Shown here: piece after piece, positions 10,230 to 21,500 of the stretch
Layout of the letters: each line of letters starts with the position of its first letter
How positions within the stretch are numbered: position 1 is the first letter of the stretch
Source of the DNA: Ignavibacteriales bacterium
Lineage (GTDB): Bacteria; Bacteroidota; Ignavibacteria; UBA10030
Reading direction: 5' to 3'
Assembly: GCA_026390595.1 (NCBI GenBank)
Contig: JAPLFQ010000033.1
Location: 26,574-90,573, forward strand
DNA length: 64,000 nt
The notes under the pieces: model-generated
Database searches by the model: none
What the model saw: only the letters and a program-made list of their open reading frames with translations
Told to the model about the DNA's origin: nothing
Program-made: the position numbers and the translations under genes

Positions 10230-11699
10230 TCAGAACTTGCTCTGCGATCTCAGCGAGAGGAAAAGGGTCTTGAGGTCACTGATAGTCACCGCACGAAACA
10301 GGAGCAACGCGAAGGAGTACGTCACAACGCTTGCCCCGAGCAACACCAGGACGTGAAGATTTGGCTTGATGATGAGAAGCGGAAGCACGAAGCTGGACGC
10401 AGCAAGGATTCGGAGAATTGTGGAAAGCGGCAAACGGGAAACGATCTTCTTCCGCATCTTCACAACAAGGAAGCCGAATCCGATGAGAGCCGTCAGCACC
10501 GTGTTGATGGAAGCGCCGACCTGTCCGTACATCGGGATCACAACAAGATTCGCGATGATATTGAACAAAGCGCTGAGGATAGTCACTTTGAGAACGAACG
10601 TCTGCTCATCGATCGCACCAAGTGTATTGCTGTAGAAGTTTGTCAGGAAGACCACGGGAAGAAACCACACGAGGATTGAAAGGCATTCGGCTGTTGCTGC
10701 AAATTCAGGTGCAAACAAAAAACGGACTATCTCACGGGAAAGCAGCGTTGTGATGATGGCGATCGGCAGTGCGATGAGCAGAAGTTGGACGATACTGCGC
10801 TGCACAACAGATTCAACCTCGCCAGGTCGATCCCTGTAGTTTTGGCTCGCGAACGGGAACACCGCACCGGTTATGGCCAACCCGAACATGGTCAAAGGGA
10901 AAATCAGATTGTAGGCAGCACGGTACACGCCGGCAGCTTCATCACCGATGAATTTAGAGAGAAGAACTGTATCGAAGTTGAAGTATATGGCGGAAAATAT
11001 TGTCGCGAGGGCGAACGGCAGTCCACCCCGGAGCATGGAGATCATATGGGCAAAATCGCCGACCATAATCGGGCGTGTGAACCGGCGTCGGACGAGGACG
11101 TGCGTTAGAGATACGAACACGATATTGACGAGGGTCAACACCGCCAGCAGAGTGAGAAGGCCGTTGTCCGTCGAAATGGAAACGACAATGACGACAAATT
11201 CCGCAACGCGGGCCAGGGATAATAACCCTGTTTCGTACCCAACCCTGTTGATGGCCCGGAAGAACGACGCGAAGGTTGTCCAGTACGTTCGAAGAAGTGT
11301 AATCAGGCCGGCGAGGACAACCATGAAGAAGCGTTCGGAACCGAAGGTATCGAGCAGCCCTGTCGTGAGAGACATTACCAGGCAGACGAGGAACGTTAGC
11401 AACCCTTTCCATGAAAGGACTGCGCCAAGTTGTTTCGGAATGTCCGCCTCCGTGAGACGCGGGATTTCTCGCATGAGGTAGGTATCCATTCCAAGGTCGC
11501 ACAACGGTATGAACAACGCCGTGAGCGCGAACGCATAGTTGTAGACTCCGAAGAGCTGCGTCCCGAGGTACTTTGCGAGAAGGATAAAGGAAATGAAGGC
11601 GAGGGATTTCGTAAAGACATGGAAGCCGAAAAGAAGAACGGAGTTTCTCAGGACCGAAGCGCTCTCAAATCTCGATGGTTCTGCCGGGGATGAGACCAT
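10230..11699 (-). CDS. Polysaccharide biosynthesis protein / Wzx-type flippase (MOP superfamily)
   Basis: About 12 predicted TM helices across 489 aa. Resembles O-antigen/EPS flippases. Lies between two GT1 genes. Confidence 0.7.
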   Translation of the reverse strand: MVSSPAEPSRFESASVLRNSVLLFGFHVFTKSLAFISFILLAKYLGTQLFGVYNYAFALTALFIPLCDLGMDTYLMREIPRLTEADIPKQLGAVLSWKGLLTFLVCLVMSLTTGLLDTFGSERFFMVVLAGLITLLRTYWTTFASFFRAINRVGYETGLLSLARVAEFVVIVVSISTDNGLLTLLAVLTLVNIVFVSLTHVLVRRRFTRPIMVGDFAHMISMLRGGLPFALATIFSAIYFNFDTVLLSKFIGDEAAGVYRAAYNLIFPLTMFGLAITGAVFPFASQNYRDRPGEVESVVQRSIVQLLLIALPIAIITTLLSREIVRFLFAPEFAATAECLSILVWFLPVVFLTNFYSNTLGAIDEQTFVLKVTILSALFNIIANLVVIPMYGQVGASINTVLTALIGFGFLVVKMRKKIVSRLPLSTILRILAASSFVLPLLIIKPNLHVLVLLGASVVTYSFALLLFRAVTISDLKTLFLSLRSQSKF

Positions 11700-11878
11700 G
11701 AAGAGAGGGTGATCTTTCGAATTCGTACTTATTGGGGAATAATGAGTCCACCGCGTGATATGACCTGCTGAAATTAGCTAAATCCGCATGCTTTAGCAAG
11801 GACCTCGCTTGAGTTTCGAGGATCGTGTGGTTATATTCATCAAGAGCACCAAGCACACCTCTCACACCCGCCAGGAAT

Positions 11879-12997
11879 ATGGCCAATATTACCATCGATG
11901 CACGCAAATACTTCGATTTTGGCATAGGAAGCTATATCCAGAACTTAGCGTCAGCCCTGTCGGGCATGCGCACGAAGCACGCCTTCACGTTGCTCGCTTC
12001 CGCCTTGGACATTGGTAGAATCGAGGCGCCCGATGGATGGAGAAAAGAACAAACGGACTTCGGGAAATACTCGATTGGTGAGATCGCTCTTCTTGGGAGA
12101 AAAGCCCTTGCCTCAGACACTGAGCTGTTTCACGAACCTCACTTCACCTTACCGTCAGGGTTGAAAGGGAGATCGGTTGTTACTATTCACGATCTCATCC
12201 ATCTGAAGATGCCGCAGTATTTTTCCGCCGTTCAGCGAGGCTATGCCGCGATGATGATTGGATATGCGGTACGAAACGCCGGCGCTATCATCGTCGACTC
12301 GCAAAAAACCAAAGACGATATTCTCGGAGCATTTCGCATCAGCGAAGATTCTGTGGAGGTAGTGTACCTTGGAGTTCATGCAGCCTTCCGGCAGCTGGAA
12401 GACAGGAGTACCGTTGAACGATTCCGAGTGACCCATGGTGTGCACAAGCCCTTTGTGCTCTTCGTCGGGAACGTGAAACCTCACAAAAACATCCCTGCAC
12501 TTCTCAGCGCATTTGCTCAGGTTCAGGCAAAAGTTCGAGACATTGATCTTGTCTTTGTAGGTGGTTCATTCCTCGCAGACGCGAAGCTGGTAGAGCAGGC
12601 GCGGGCGCTTGGGATCATCGGGGCGATTCATGATCTCAATCGAATCTCCGAGTCCGAGTTGGTTGCTGCGTACAATGCAGCTGAACTCGTAGTTCTGCCA
12701 TCGTTCTATGAGGGATTCGGCTTCCCTCCGCTCGAATCGATGGCTTGTGGTACTCCGGTGGTGGTTTCCACGGGGGGATCATTGCCTGAAGTCGTGGGGG
12801 AAGCCGCAACGATCATCGATCCATCGAGGCCGGAAGAGCTTGCTGAGGCAATACGGAGAACGCTTGAAGATTCCCAAAAACGGACTGTGTTGATCGAGAA
12901 GGGGAAGAAGCGTGCCGCAGGCTTCACATGGCAGAAGACGGGGGAAAAGACCTTGGCTATCTACGAAAAAGTGCTCGATCGATGCCGGCGCAACTAA
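11879..12997 (+). CDS. Glycosyltransferase family 1
   Basis: EGFGFPPLESMACGTPVVVS motif. ATG at 11879 with an AGGA ribosome-binding site upstream. The track ORF starts at an upstream GTG. Confidence 0.8.
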   Translation: MANITIDARKYFDFGIGSYIQNLASALSGMRTKHAFTLLASALDIGRIEAPDGWRKEQTDFGKYSIGEIALLGRKALASDTELFHEPHFTLPSGLKGRSVVTIHDLIHLKMPQYFSAVQRGYAAMMIGYAVRNAGAIIVDSQKTKDDILGAFRISEDSVEVVYLGVHAAFRQLEDRSTVERFRVTHGVHKPFVLFVGNVKPHKNIPALLSAFAQVQAKVRDIDLVFVGGSFLADAKLVEQARALGIIGAIHDLNRISESELVAAYNAAELVVLPSFYEGFGFPPLESMACGTPVVVSTGGSLPEVVGEAATIIDPSRPEELAEAIRRTLEDSQKRTVLIEKGKKRAAGFTWQKTGEKTLAIYEKVLDRCRRN

Positions 12998-13596
12998 ACA
13001 ATATAGGAATTTTCGGCGGTTCGTTTGATCCTCCGCACCTCGGGCACCTGGTCATTGCCGAGTTCGCCCGTAGGGCGCTGAAGCTCGATGTCGTCTTCCT
13101 TGTGCCGGCATATCAGCCTCCCCACAAGACAGGTAAACATACTTCGACAGCGCAGGATCGACTGGCCATGACAAAGTTGTCTGTGCGTGGCAACCCGCAT
13201 CTGCGCGTGTCGGATATCGAGATCCGAAGGAAAGGAATCTCGTACACGGTGGACACCGTGAGGGCTTTCCAGAAGAAATTCCCGTCGTCATCACTGTTCC
13301 TCATCATCGGGAGTGACAGTCTTGAGCAGTTTAATTCATGGAAGGATCCGGACGCAATCCTTGCCTTGGCAAGCCTGGCTGTCTATCGCAGGCCGGGGTG
13401 GAGAACTGCGAAATCGAAAGAAGGACGGGTCACCTTGCGTGAGATCAAGGGACCGAGGATGAAGCTTGCTTCATCCGAAATCAGGAAGCGTTTGCATGAC
13501 GGCAAAGCGATCGATGAGATGGTCAGAGAAAACGTTTTCGCATATATCATGCGCAATCGGCTGTATGAACGTGTGACGGAAAAGAGAGAACCATGA
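12982..13596 (+). CDS. nadD: Nicotinate-nucleotide adenylyltransferase
   Basis: IGIFGGSFDPPHLGHL (HxGH nucleotidyltransferase motif). Overlaps the GT stop by 16 nt. Confidence 0.85.
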   Translation: MPAQLNNIGIFGGSFDPPHLGHLVIAEFARRALKLDVVFLVPAYQPPHKTGKHTSTAQDRLAMTKLSVRGNPHLRVSDIEIRRKGISYTVDTVRAFQKKFPSSSLFLIIGSDSLEQFNSWKDPDAILALASLAVYRRPGWRTAKSKEGRVTLREIKGPRMKLASSEIRKRLHDGKAIDEMVRENVFAYIMRNRLYERVTEKREP

Positions 13597-15809
13597 AATC
13601 GACAGTGTCTCCGAATGACGTAGCCAAAATCATCAATACTGATCATCATGATCCGTTTGAGGTTCTGGGAGCTCACCTTCTTGAAGTGAAAGGAAAGAAG
13701 GGGGTCGCGATCAGGGCGTTTCTTCCCGATACGCAGAAGGCAGAAGTCGTCGAGCTCAGCGATGGAGTGGAGTCGGCTGTTCTGCCGATGAATCAGGTTG
13801 GAGACGGAGGATTTTTCGAGGTCTTCATCCCTGGGCGGATGGAAGTGTTCCCGTACAAGCTTCGGAGGCATTCGACCGGCGGCGGGCAAGCCACGTTTTA
13901 CGATTCCTACTCATTTCTTCCGACGCTCACCGAATTCGACTTGTACTTGTTCAATGCCGGAGATCATCATCGGATCTATGAAAAGCTCGGCGCGCATTAC
14001 GCAGAAGTACATGGGGTCGGGGGGATTCAGTTCGCAGTCTGGGCTCCTGGCGCAAGAAGCGTGAGCGTCATTGGGAGTTTCAATGAATGGGATCGCCGCA
14101 AGCATGCGATGAGAGTGCTGGGAACGTCCGGAGTCTGGGAGATCTTCATTCCAGGGCTCCCCGACGGAGAACTGTACAAATACCAGATCAAAACGCAGAC
14201 CGGCGCCGTGATTGACAAGACCGACCCATACGGTTTTGAGATGGAACTGCGCCCAAGGACCGCCTCCCGTGTCAACTTGCTGAAGGGTTTTGAATGGCAC
14301 GATGAACCATGGTTGAAGAACCGATCCATGGCGAGTCCCTTCGCCAGTCCGCTCTCGATCTACGAAGTGCAACTTGCGTCATGGGCTCGTGTGCCGGAAG
14401 AGGATGGACGCTGGTTGACATATCGTGAACTTGCCCATCGGTTAGTAGACTACGTGAAAGAACGGGGGTTCACGCACATTGAACTTATGCCCGTGATGGA
14501 GTATCCGTTCGATGGCTCGTGGGGATATCAGGTTACAGGATACTTCGCGCCCACCAGCAGATTCGGCAAGCCGCAGGATTTCATGTACTTTGTGGATTAC
14601 TGTCATGAACATGGAATCGGTGTACTGCTCGACTGGGTGCCTGCGCATTTCCCGAAAGACCCCCACGCTCTTGGCTTCTTCGACGGTTCGCATCTCTATG
14701 AGCACGCAGACCCGCGCAAAGGAGAACATCAGGATTGGGGAACGTTCATCTTCAACTATGGACGGCACGAGGTGCGCAACTTTCTCATCAGCAATGCGCT
14801 GTATTGGCTCGACAGGTTCCACATTGACGGGCTGCGAATCGACGCGGTTGCCTCGATGCTCTACCTCGACTATTCCAGACGGCAGGGTGAATGGATCCCT
14901 AACCAGTATGGAGGGAGGGAAAATATCGATGCAATCCAGTTCCTCAAACAACTGAACGGCATCGTGCATCATTACTATCCCGGCACCCTGATGATCGCAG
15001 AGGAGTCAACGGCATGGCCCGGTGTCACGAACAGTCTGGAACATGGCGGCCTGGGATTCGACTTGAAATGGAACATGGGGTGGATGCACGACATGCTGGA
15101 GTATTTTTCACTGGATCCGATTCACCGTGCCTATCACCATCGCAATTTGACATTCGCATTGCTCTACGCGTTCAGTGAGCGGTTCTTGCTTCCTTTGTCG
15201 CACGACGAAGTTGTCCATGGCAAGAGAGCTCTTCTCGACAAGATGCCGGGAGATCTCTGGCAAAAGTTCGCAAACCTGCGCTCATTGTTTGGCTTGATGT
15301 TCGCCTTCCCGGGCAAAAAGCTGCTCTTCATGGGGGGGGAAATCGGGCAGTGGGTTGAGTGGAATCATGATGCGTCCCTTGACTGGCATTTGCTTTCGTA
15401 TGATGCTCACCATGGCGTTCAGAAGCTCATCGACAGCCTGCATGCTCTTTACAAGAGCGAACCAGCTCTGTACGAGGTTGATTTCGAGTACCGGGGTTTT
15501 GAATGGATCGATTTTCAGGACAGTGCGAGCAGCGTGATTGCGTTTGAACGAAAATCGCTCGATTCCCGCCAACGTGTGGTCGTGGTCTGTAATTTCACGC
15601 CTGTTCCGAGATACGGCTATCGTGTCGGCGTTTCAGAGCGGGGCACATACGAGGAACTGCTGAATACTGACTCAGTGTACTTCGGGGGAAGCAATCTGGG
15701 CAACAGCGGCCAGCTTGTAACGGAGGATATTCCTTTCCACCATCATCCGGTCTCGGTCACGCTCACACTTCCTCCGTTGAGCGTCTTGTACCTGAAGCAG
15801 AAAAAGTAG
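13593..15809 (+). CDS. glgB: 1,4-alpha-glucan branching enzyme (GH13)
   Basis: 738-aa GlgB-like sequence with N-terminal CBM48-like region and GH13 catalytic motifs (DGLRIDAV, EWNHDAS). ATGA overlap with the nadD stop. Confidence 0.9.
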   Translation: MKSTVSPNDVAKIINTDHHDPFEVLGAHLLEVKGKKGVAIRAFLPDTQKAEVVELSDGVESAVLPMNQVGDGGFFEVFIPGRMEVFPYKLRRHSTGGGQATFYDSYSFLPTLTEFDLYLFNAGDHHRIYEKLGAHYAEVHGVGGIQFAVWAPGARSVSVIGSFNEWDRRKHAMRVLGTSGVWEIFIPGLPDGELYKYQIKTQTGAVIDKTDPYGFEMELRPRTASRVNLLKGFEWHDEPWLKNRSMASPFASPLSIYEVQLASWARVPEEDGRWLTYRELAHRLVDYVKERGFTHIELMPVMEYPFDGSWGYQVTGYFAPTSRFGKPQDFMYFVDYCHEHGIGVLLDWVPAHFPKDPHALGFFDGSHLYEHADPRKGEHQDWGTFIFNYGRHEVRNFLISNALYWLDRFHIDGLRIDAVASMLYLDYSRRQGEWIPNQYGGRENIDAIQFLKQLNGIVHHYYPGTLMIAEESTAWPGVTNSLEHGGLGFDLKWNMGWMHDMLEYFSLDPIHRAYHHRNLTFALLYAFSERFLLPLSHDEVVHGKRALLDKMPGDLWQKFANLRSLFGLMFAFPGKKLLFMGGEIGQWVEWNHDASLDWHLLSYDAHHGVQKLIDSLHALYKSEPALYEVDFEYRGFEWIDFQDSASSVIAFERKSLDSRQRVVVVCNFTPVPRYGYRVGVSERGTYEELLNTDSVYFGGSNLGNSGQLVTEDIPFHHHPVSVTLTLPPLSVLYLKQKK

Positions 15810-15999
15810 AGTTCTCTCAGCGGTACTTTCGCGTGACCGGCAGAGCAGTCCGCACCTTGTGGTCCGCACAGCTACTCATCGACACGGTCCGGCTGGTCAC
15901 GATCGGCTTGATCCTCGCGGAAGACGCCGTTACCCTGATCACAATACCAGCAGCATGAGACTGAAATCCCTGCAACTACTTCAACGGAAGGAATGAACA

Positions 16000-18486
16000 A
16001 TGAAGAAGACTCTTTTCATTGTGCTGTCAGTATTTTTTATCAGCGGGTGTGCGATGTTCAAATCGTCATCCGAAGGATCTCCAGCGAAGCCGGATTCGGC
16101 GTCGCAGAAGCCCCCCGTGCCGCCGGCGGGAATGAAACCGTATGCGCAGGTCATCACCAAGGAAGCCAAATCCGACACGGGGCTCTTTATTGTTCATCGG
16201 ATCAAAGAGAAGTTCTTCTTCGAGATTCCCAAGAAAGAGGTCAAAAAGGACTTCCTGCTTGTGTCCACGCAGGCAAAGACGCAAACCGGAATGGGATACG
16301 GGGGAGATGCGATCAATGAACAGGTGGTTCGGTGGGAACGTGTAGGAGACCGCATGCTGTTACGGAGCAGAATATTCGCTTCCGTCGCGGCAGACACGCT
16401 TCCGGTGGCTGCGAGCGTGAAAAAGGCAACGCTGCCGCCTATCATCATGGCGTTCGATATTCAAGCAGTCAACAAGGATAGTTCAAATGTCGTGATCGAT
16501 GTGACCGACCTCTTCACAACAGATGTCGCCGAGATGGGTATGAACCGGTTCCAGCGAGAGCAGTTGCGCGTTCGCCGGCTCGATTCAAAGCGTTCATACA
16601 TCGAATACAGCCGCGCGTTCCCGGATAACATCGAGACGGAAGCAACGGTCACGTTCGATGCCGCTCAGGTCCCGATGGATGCGTCGCTTGCATCCCTGAC
16701 CATCACCATGCACCATTCAATGGTTCGGTTACCGGAAAAACCTATGATGCCGCGGTTGTCTGATTCACGGGTTGGATTCTTCGGCGTGGCTCTGTATGAC
16801 TACGGATATGATTCACAACGTGCCGAACAGCGCCGGTATATCGCGCGGTGGCGGCTGGAACCAAAAGATCCCGGAGCGCTTGCCCGCGGCGAGCTCTCTG
16901 AGCCGGTGAAGCCGATTACGTTTTTCATAGACCGCGGCACGCCGGACAAATGGAAACCCTGGCTGAAGAAGGGTGTGGAAGACTGGCAGGGGGCATTTGA
17001 GAAAGCCGGATTCAAAAACGCTATCATTGCGAAGTACGCACCAAGCGAAAAGGAAGACCCGAATTGGAGCGGTGAGGATGCCCGATACTCGACGATTCGC
17101 TGGCTCCCATCCGAGATCGAGAACGCCTATGGCCCGCACGTCAGTGACCCGCGCACCGGCGAGATCCTCGATGCTGATATCGGTTTCTTCCATAATGTGA
17201 TGAATCTCGCGCGCGATTGGTATTTCGTTCAGGTTGGCAATCTCGATCCCTCAGCGAAAACGCTTCCGTTGCCGGACAGCCTGATGGGCGAGCTTCTTCG
17301 TTACATCGCGGCGCACGAAGTCGGACATTCCCTCGGCTTTCCCCATAACTGGAAGGCGACCTCGCAGTACCCGGTCGACAGCCTGCGAAGCGCTTCCTTC
17401 ACGGCGAGATACGGCAATGAGGCTTCTATCATGGACTACGGGCGCTTCAACTACGTCGCCCAGCCTGGTGACAATGCGCGCCTGATTCCGATGATCGGGC
17501 CGTATGACAAGTTTGCAGTTGAATGGGGTTACAAGCCGATCCCCGGCGCAAAGACCCCCGATGAGGAAAAAGTTGAGCTCAACAAGATCGCTTCGAGGCA
17601 GGAAAAAGAACCGTATCTGCGGTTTGGGGTTTCAGATGCCAGCGACCCGACGGTTCAGACGGAGGACATGGGTGCAGACCCGGTGGCAGCGACGAAGTAT
17701 GGCCTGAAGAATATCAACGCCATTGCTGACATGCTGATCAGCGCGACAACAAAAGACGGAGAAGACTACAGCACGCTGAAGGAGGTCTATGGACAACTCC
17801 TCGCACAGCGCAGCAGGGAATTTGGTCATGTCGCGAACTATGTCGGTGGTATTGTTCGAACCGAGAAAGTAGCTGGACAGACAGGCGTCATCCATGTCCC
17901 TATTGCCCGCGAGAAACAGAAGGAGTGTATGGACTTTCTTCAGAAAGAGGCATTCCGCACCCCAACTGAACTGCTGCGGCCGAGCATCCTGGCTCTGATT
18001 GAGCCATCAGGAGCCGTCGACCGGGTTCTGGCAGGCCAGCGTCAACTCGTCAACATTCTTCTGAATAACGATCGGATGTCGCGATTGATCAATTCGGCTG
18101 CTCTTGCAAAAAAGGGGGACAATCCCTACAAGTTGAGCGAAATGCTCGAGGATCTCCGGACAGGTATTTGGAGTGAATTGAAATCGGCCATGGTGAAGAC
18201 CGACGTCTATCGTAGGAACCTTCAACGCACCTACATCGATGCGATGGGGGCAAAGCTTAATCCGCCGCCGGTGATAATGCCTGTTGGATTGCCGGCAGGA
18301 TTCTCGCCCGCTCCTCCCGCCTCAGTACCGGGCGAGGCGCGTGCGCTGATTCGGACGGAGCTACTCGATCTCGATGCAACCATTGCTGCCTCAATGGCAA
18401 AAGCGGGAGACCGGGAAACGAAAGCTCATCTGAAGGACAGCAGGGATCAGATAGCCAAAATCCTGTATCCTGACAAGTCGAAATAA
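16000..18486 (+). CDS. Zinc-dependent metalloprotease lipoprotein (HExxH), Bacteroidota DUF-type
   Basis: Lipoprotein signal MKKTLFIVLSVFFISGC. HEVGHSLGFPHNW zincin motif. About 830 aa, typical of the widespread uncharacterised 'zinc-dependent metalloprotease' family. Confidence 0.75.
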   Translation: MKKTLFIVLSVFFISGCAMFKSSSEGSPAKPDSASQKPPVPPAGMKPYAQVITKEAKSDTGLFIVHRIKEKFFFEIPKKEVKKDFLLVSTQAKTQTGMGYGGDAINEQVVRWERVGDRMLLRSRIFASVAADTLPVAASVKKATLPPIIMAFDIQAVNKDSSNVVIDVTDLFTTDVAEMGMNRFQREQLRVRRLDSKRSYIEYSRAFPDNIETEATVTFDAAQVPMDASLASLTITMHHSMVRLPEKPMMPRLSDSRVGFFGVALYDYGYDSQRAEQRRYIARWRLEPKDPGALARGELSEPVKPITFFIDRGTPDKWKPWLKKGVEDWQGAFEKAGFKNAIIAKYAPSEKEDPNWSGEDARYSTIRWLPSEIENAYGPHVSDPRTGEILDADIGFFHNVMNLARDWYFVQVGNLDPSAKTLPLPDSLMGELLRYIAAHEVGHSLGFPHNWKATSQYPVDSLRSASFTARYGNEASIMDYGRFNYVAQPGDNARLIPMIGPYDKFAVEWGYKPIPGAKTPDEEKVELNKIASRQEKEPYLRFGVSDASDPTVQTEDMGADPVAATKYGLKNINAIADMLISATTKDGEDYSTLKEVYGQLLAQRSREFGHVANYVGGIVRTEKVAGQTGVIHVPIAREKQKECMDFLQKEAFRTPTELLRPSILALIEPSGAVDRVLAGQRQLVNILLNNDRMSRLINSAALAKKGDNPYKLSEMLEDLRTGIWSELKSAMVKTDVYRRNLQRTYIDAMGAKLNPPPVIMPVGLPAGFSPAPPASVPGEARALIRTELLDLDATIAASMAKAGDRETKAHLKDSRDQIAKILYPDKSK

Positions 18487-18505
18487 GGCAGTTCTATCAA
18501 ACTCA

Positions 18506-18540
18506 AAAAGCCCGGGGGGTTGATCCCGCCGGGCTTTTTT
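18506..18540. terminator. Bidirectional rho-independent terminator between convergent genes
   Basis: AAAAAGCCCGGGGGG-ttgat-CCCGCCGGGCTTTTTT. The GC-rich hairpin is flanked by an A-tract and a T-tract. Confidence 0.65.
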
Positions 18541-18560
18541 GTGTCCACGATGGAATGATC

Positions 18561-21500
18561 TTACGTGTTCACGACAACGTCTTTGCGCACGTAAGACCCC
18601 GCTGATTGGTCCCCCTCAAATGGGACGGCGAGAATGAGATGGTCTCCGTCATGCGCGAGCACCCGCGCGCCTTCGACGCTTCGGGCAGTACGAGATCGAT
18701 CAAGGACCTCGATGATCGAATCTTCGCCGGGCTTGCCTTCAAGAGTCAGAACGTATGACTTGTTGCGCCAGGATTCATTCACAACTCGAACCCCTTTCGA
18801 CTTTTGTCCGTGCTGGAAATGCGGAACTGCCGGGATGAGAGCCAGGCCCTGCTTGTGCTCAACTCGAACAACTGTTTTCCTGCCGAGCTGGAGTTGCACG
18901 GTGGGTAATGCGCGGTAGTCGTCAACCAGGACCGCGAAATTGTGCATGGTCGAGCCAATCGTGAAACGCTCGATAAATGTGCCGAGTGAGAAGAACGGGC
19001 GGAAGGAGAGTGAGTAGTTTGCAGAGGGTCTGGACTTGTTTGAATAACGTCGGAGAGAAATAACGAAGACGGTTTCTTTCTCCTTGCGGTAGAGATCCAA
19101 GTCCATTCGGTGATCGCCGAGTCGGATGTTCTTTACGCTCGCTTCTCTCCAATCCGGTGGAAAATAGGGGCTCATGTGCACAGTCTTGTGGATGACATCC
19201 GTCTCCAGTCCGAGCAACCCCTCTATCAGCGGTTGAATGACCATCGATTGTGACCATGCCTGGTGAGGGCAAACTCCCACTGGTCGAAATACCTCTCCGT
19301 GAAGGACCTCCTCCATGTTGCCGGCACTGAACTGATCGTACAGCAGCGCATTGCTCAGGAGATGCATATAGCCCTGCAGAGGTCGCAGATTGGTGAATTC
19401 CGCGAGAGAGGTCCAGCCGGTGAACAGCGGCCAGATACTTCCGTAGTGATACCCCGTGGGATTGAAGAACCGGTTGTCTTTGCCAACGATTCGTACGCCC
19501 CAATCCGAGGAAAAGTTGTCACCCGAGTATTCAGCCAGACTGTGTTGCGCTTTGTCGTGTTCCGTGCACTTGAAGTACATCCCGACGGATGGAAGGACGG
19601 TTTTCTCTTCAACAAAACTTCCGTCCCGGCACTTGGAGAAGTTGTAGAAGCCTGTGCGCGGATTCCAGAACTCCCTTTTCAACACGGTGCGCACCAGCTC
19701 AGCCTTCTCGTTCCACTTTCGTCCGAGTCGTCGTTCGGAAAGAAGCTCGGCCATGAAGGAGCTCTGCAAGAGCGCTTCTGCCCAGCAGGCATTCAGGTAG
19801 TGCTCCGCATGAGATGGGAAGAGCTGTCCCCCTTCAACCCAGCCATGTCCAACATTCGCATTCTCAATCAGATGGTCGTTGTCGGTGTCAGTTGAATAGC
19901 AATATTCTATCGCCTTGATTAACCTCGAGAACTCACTGGCTGCAAATTCGCGATCGCCCGTAGCCCTCACATACCGGCCCATCAGAACGAGATAGAGCGG
20001 AGTCGAATCAGCTGCGTCGTAGTGAGCGTATCCGCTTGTCGTCAATTCATGGAGCACTTTGCCGTCAATATCCTGATAATTGCCAAGGAATTCGAGAACA
20101 TCACGGACTATTTCATGTTCACCGCAGGCCAATGCCGCAAGGCCTGTCCAAACGCTGTCCCGGCCGAAGTACCAGGCGTACCCTGGCCTGCCGCTGATGG
20201 TATGACCTCCATTCCATCCCTCACTGCTCAGTCCATAGCCGGCGACAAAGGATCGTCCCAGCAAAGGTGCCTCGACTACGAACTTGTCCAAACCGGCGAT
20301 TGCCCACCGGTAGGCGTTGTTGACTTGTTCGGAGGGAGTTGCGAATCGAACGGAAGACCTTAGGACGGATCGTAATCGTGAGCGCTGTCTCCCCAGCGAT
20401 GGACCTGGTCGCTGGACGACTGATCGGTACGACTGAATTGACTCCTGCATGCTTTGCCCGGAACCCGCGAAAGCGATCGTGCACTGCCTGGCTCCAGAAT
20501 TGAGCGATACGCGGAATCCTAATGCCACGGCGGAGCTTTCAGTCGGGAGCCCTTTGAGTCGATCGCCTTCCAGGACTATCTCCGAGTATTGGCCAATCAA
20601 ATGGTCCGTTGGCTTTCGTGATGAACCCAGGATTGAGGATGATTGGCCGGAGGCATCCGTGATGATCCCCGCATGAATTGCTTCATCCCAAGCGAAACGA
20701 CGAGACCCGATCGCCCGATCACTCAACGGCCACATAGTCCTTAGATCTATGCGGGCAGACAGAACAATCTGCACTGTCTTTCTGGACCTGACACTGTAGT
20801 GAATCGCTCCACACGGTTTTAAGAGATCAGCGAAAAGAGTTTCTTCGATTGTTGCATCATTCAAGTTGTATCTGCGGGTGAGCGATTCAGGGCATATCGT
20901 CACGACGGGGGAGAGCTCGTGGCTCCATTGTGGGAGGGCTTTGCCGACTCGAAACTGAATCTTGAGATTGTCCAGTATTCGAACCGGGTGACACCAGATT
21001 TCGGAAATGCCGCCGCGTTCTCCACCCATGATCAGGACCCGCCTGCCACTGAGATCGAAAAACTGTTCAGTCAGATCCGGCGCCGCAAAATCCCTATGGA
21101 TAACAAGTTCGTCCGATCTTGTCGGGAGCTTGTGCGAGGTCACCGAGAGCGGTTTGCTCCGGTGGCTGAACTCGGCAACGGTCGGAAGGGAAAAGTCCCA
21201 GTAGATGCGCTCATTCACCTTTTCTGACTTCCGCGCGGTTGGGGTTGACAGATAGGAGAAGCAATTCGAGGCGAAATGTTCCAGTTGTCTTCTGAACCGC
21301 TGTTCCGAGTCCGAAAAATAGAAGTGCGACCCGATGGACACGATCCGGCCTGCATCCAGGCTGTGCTCGATGACGTTCCGGCGCTGCTCATCGAGCTTGA
21401 TGTACAATTTTTCGACTGCGACAACTCTGCCCGCAGCAGGGAGCTGATCTTCATAGTACGCAGCAGTATAGCGTCGTCCGATGTCCGGAGCCGATGTGAA

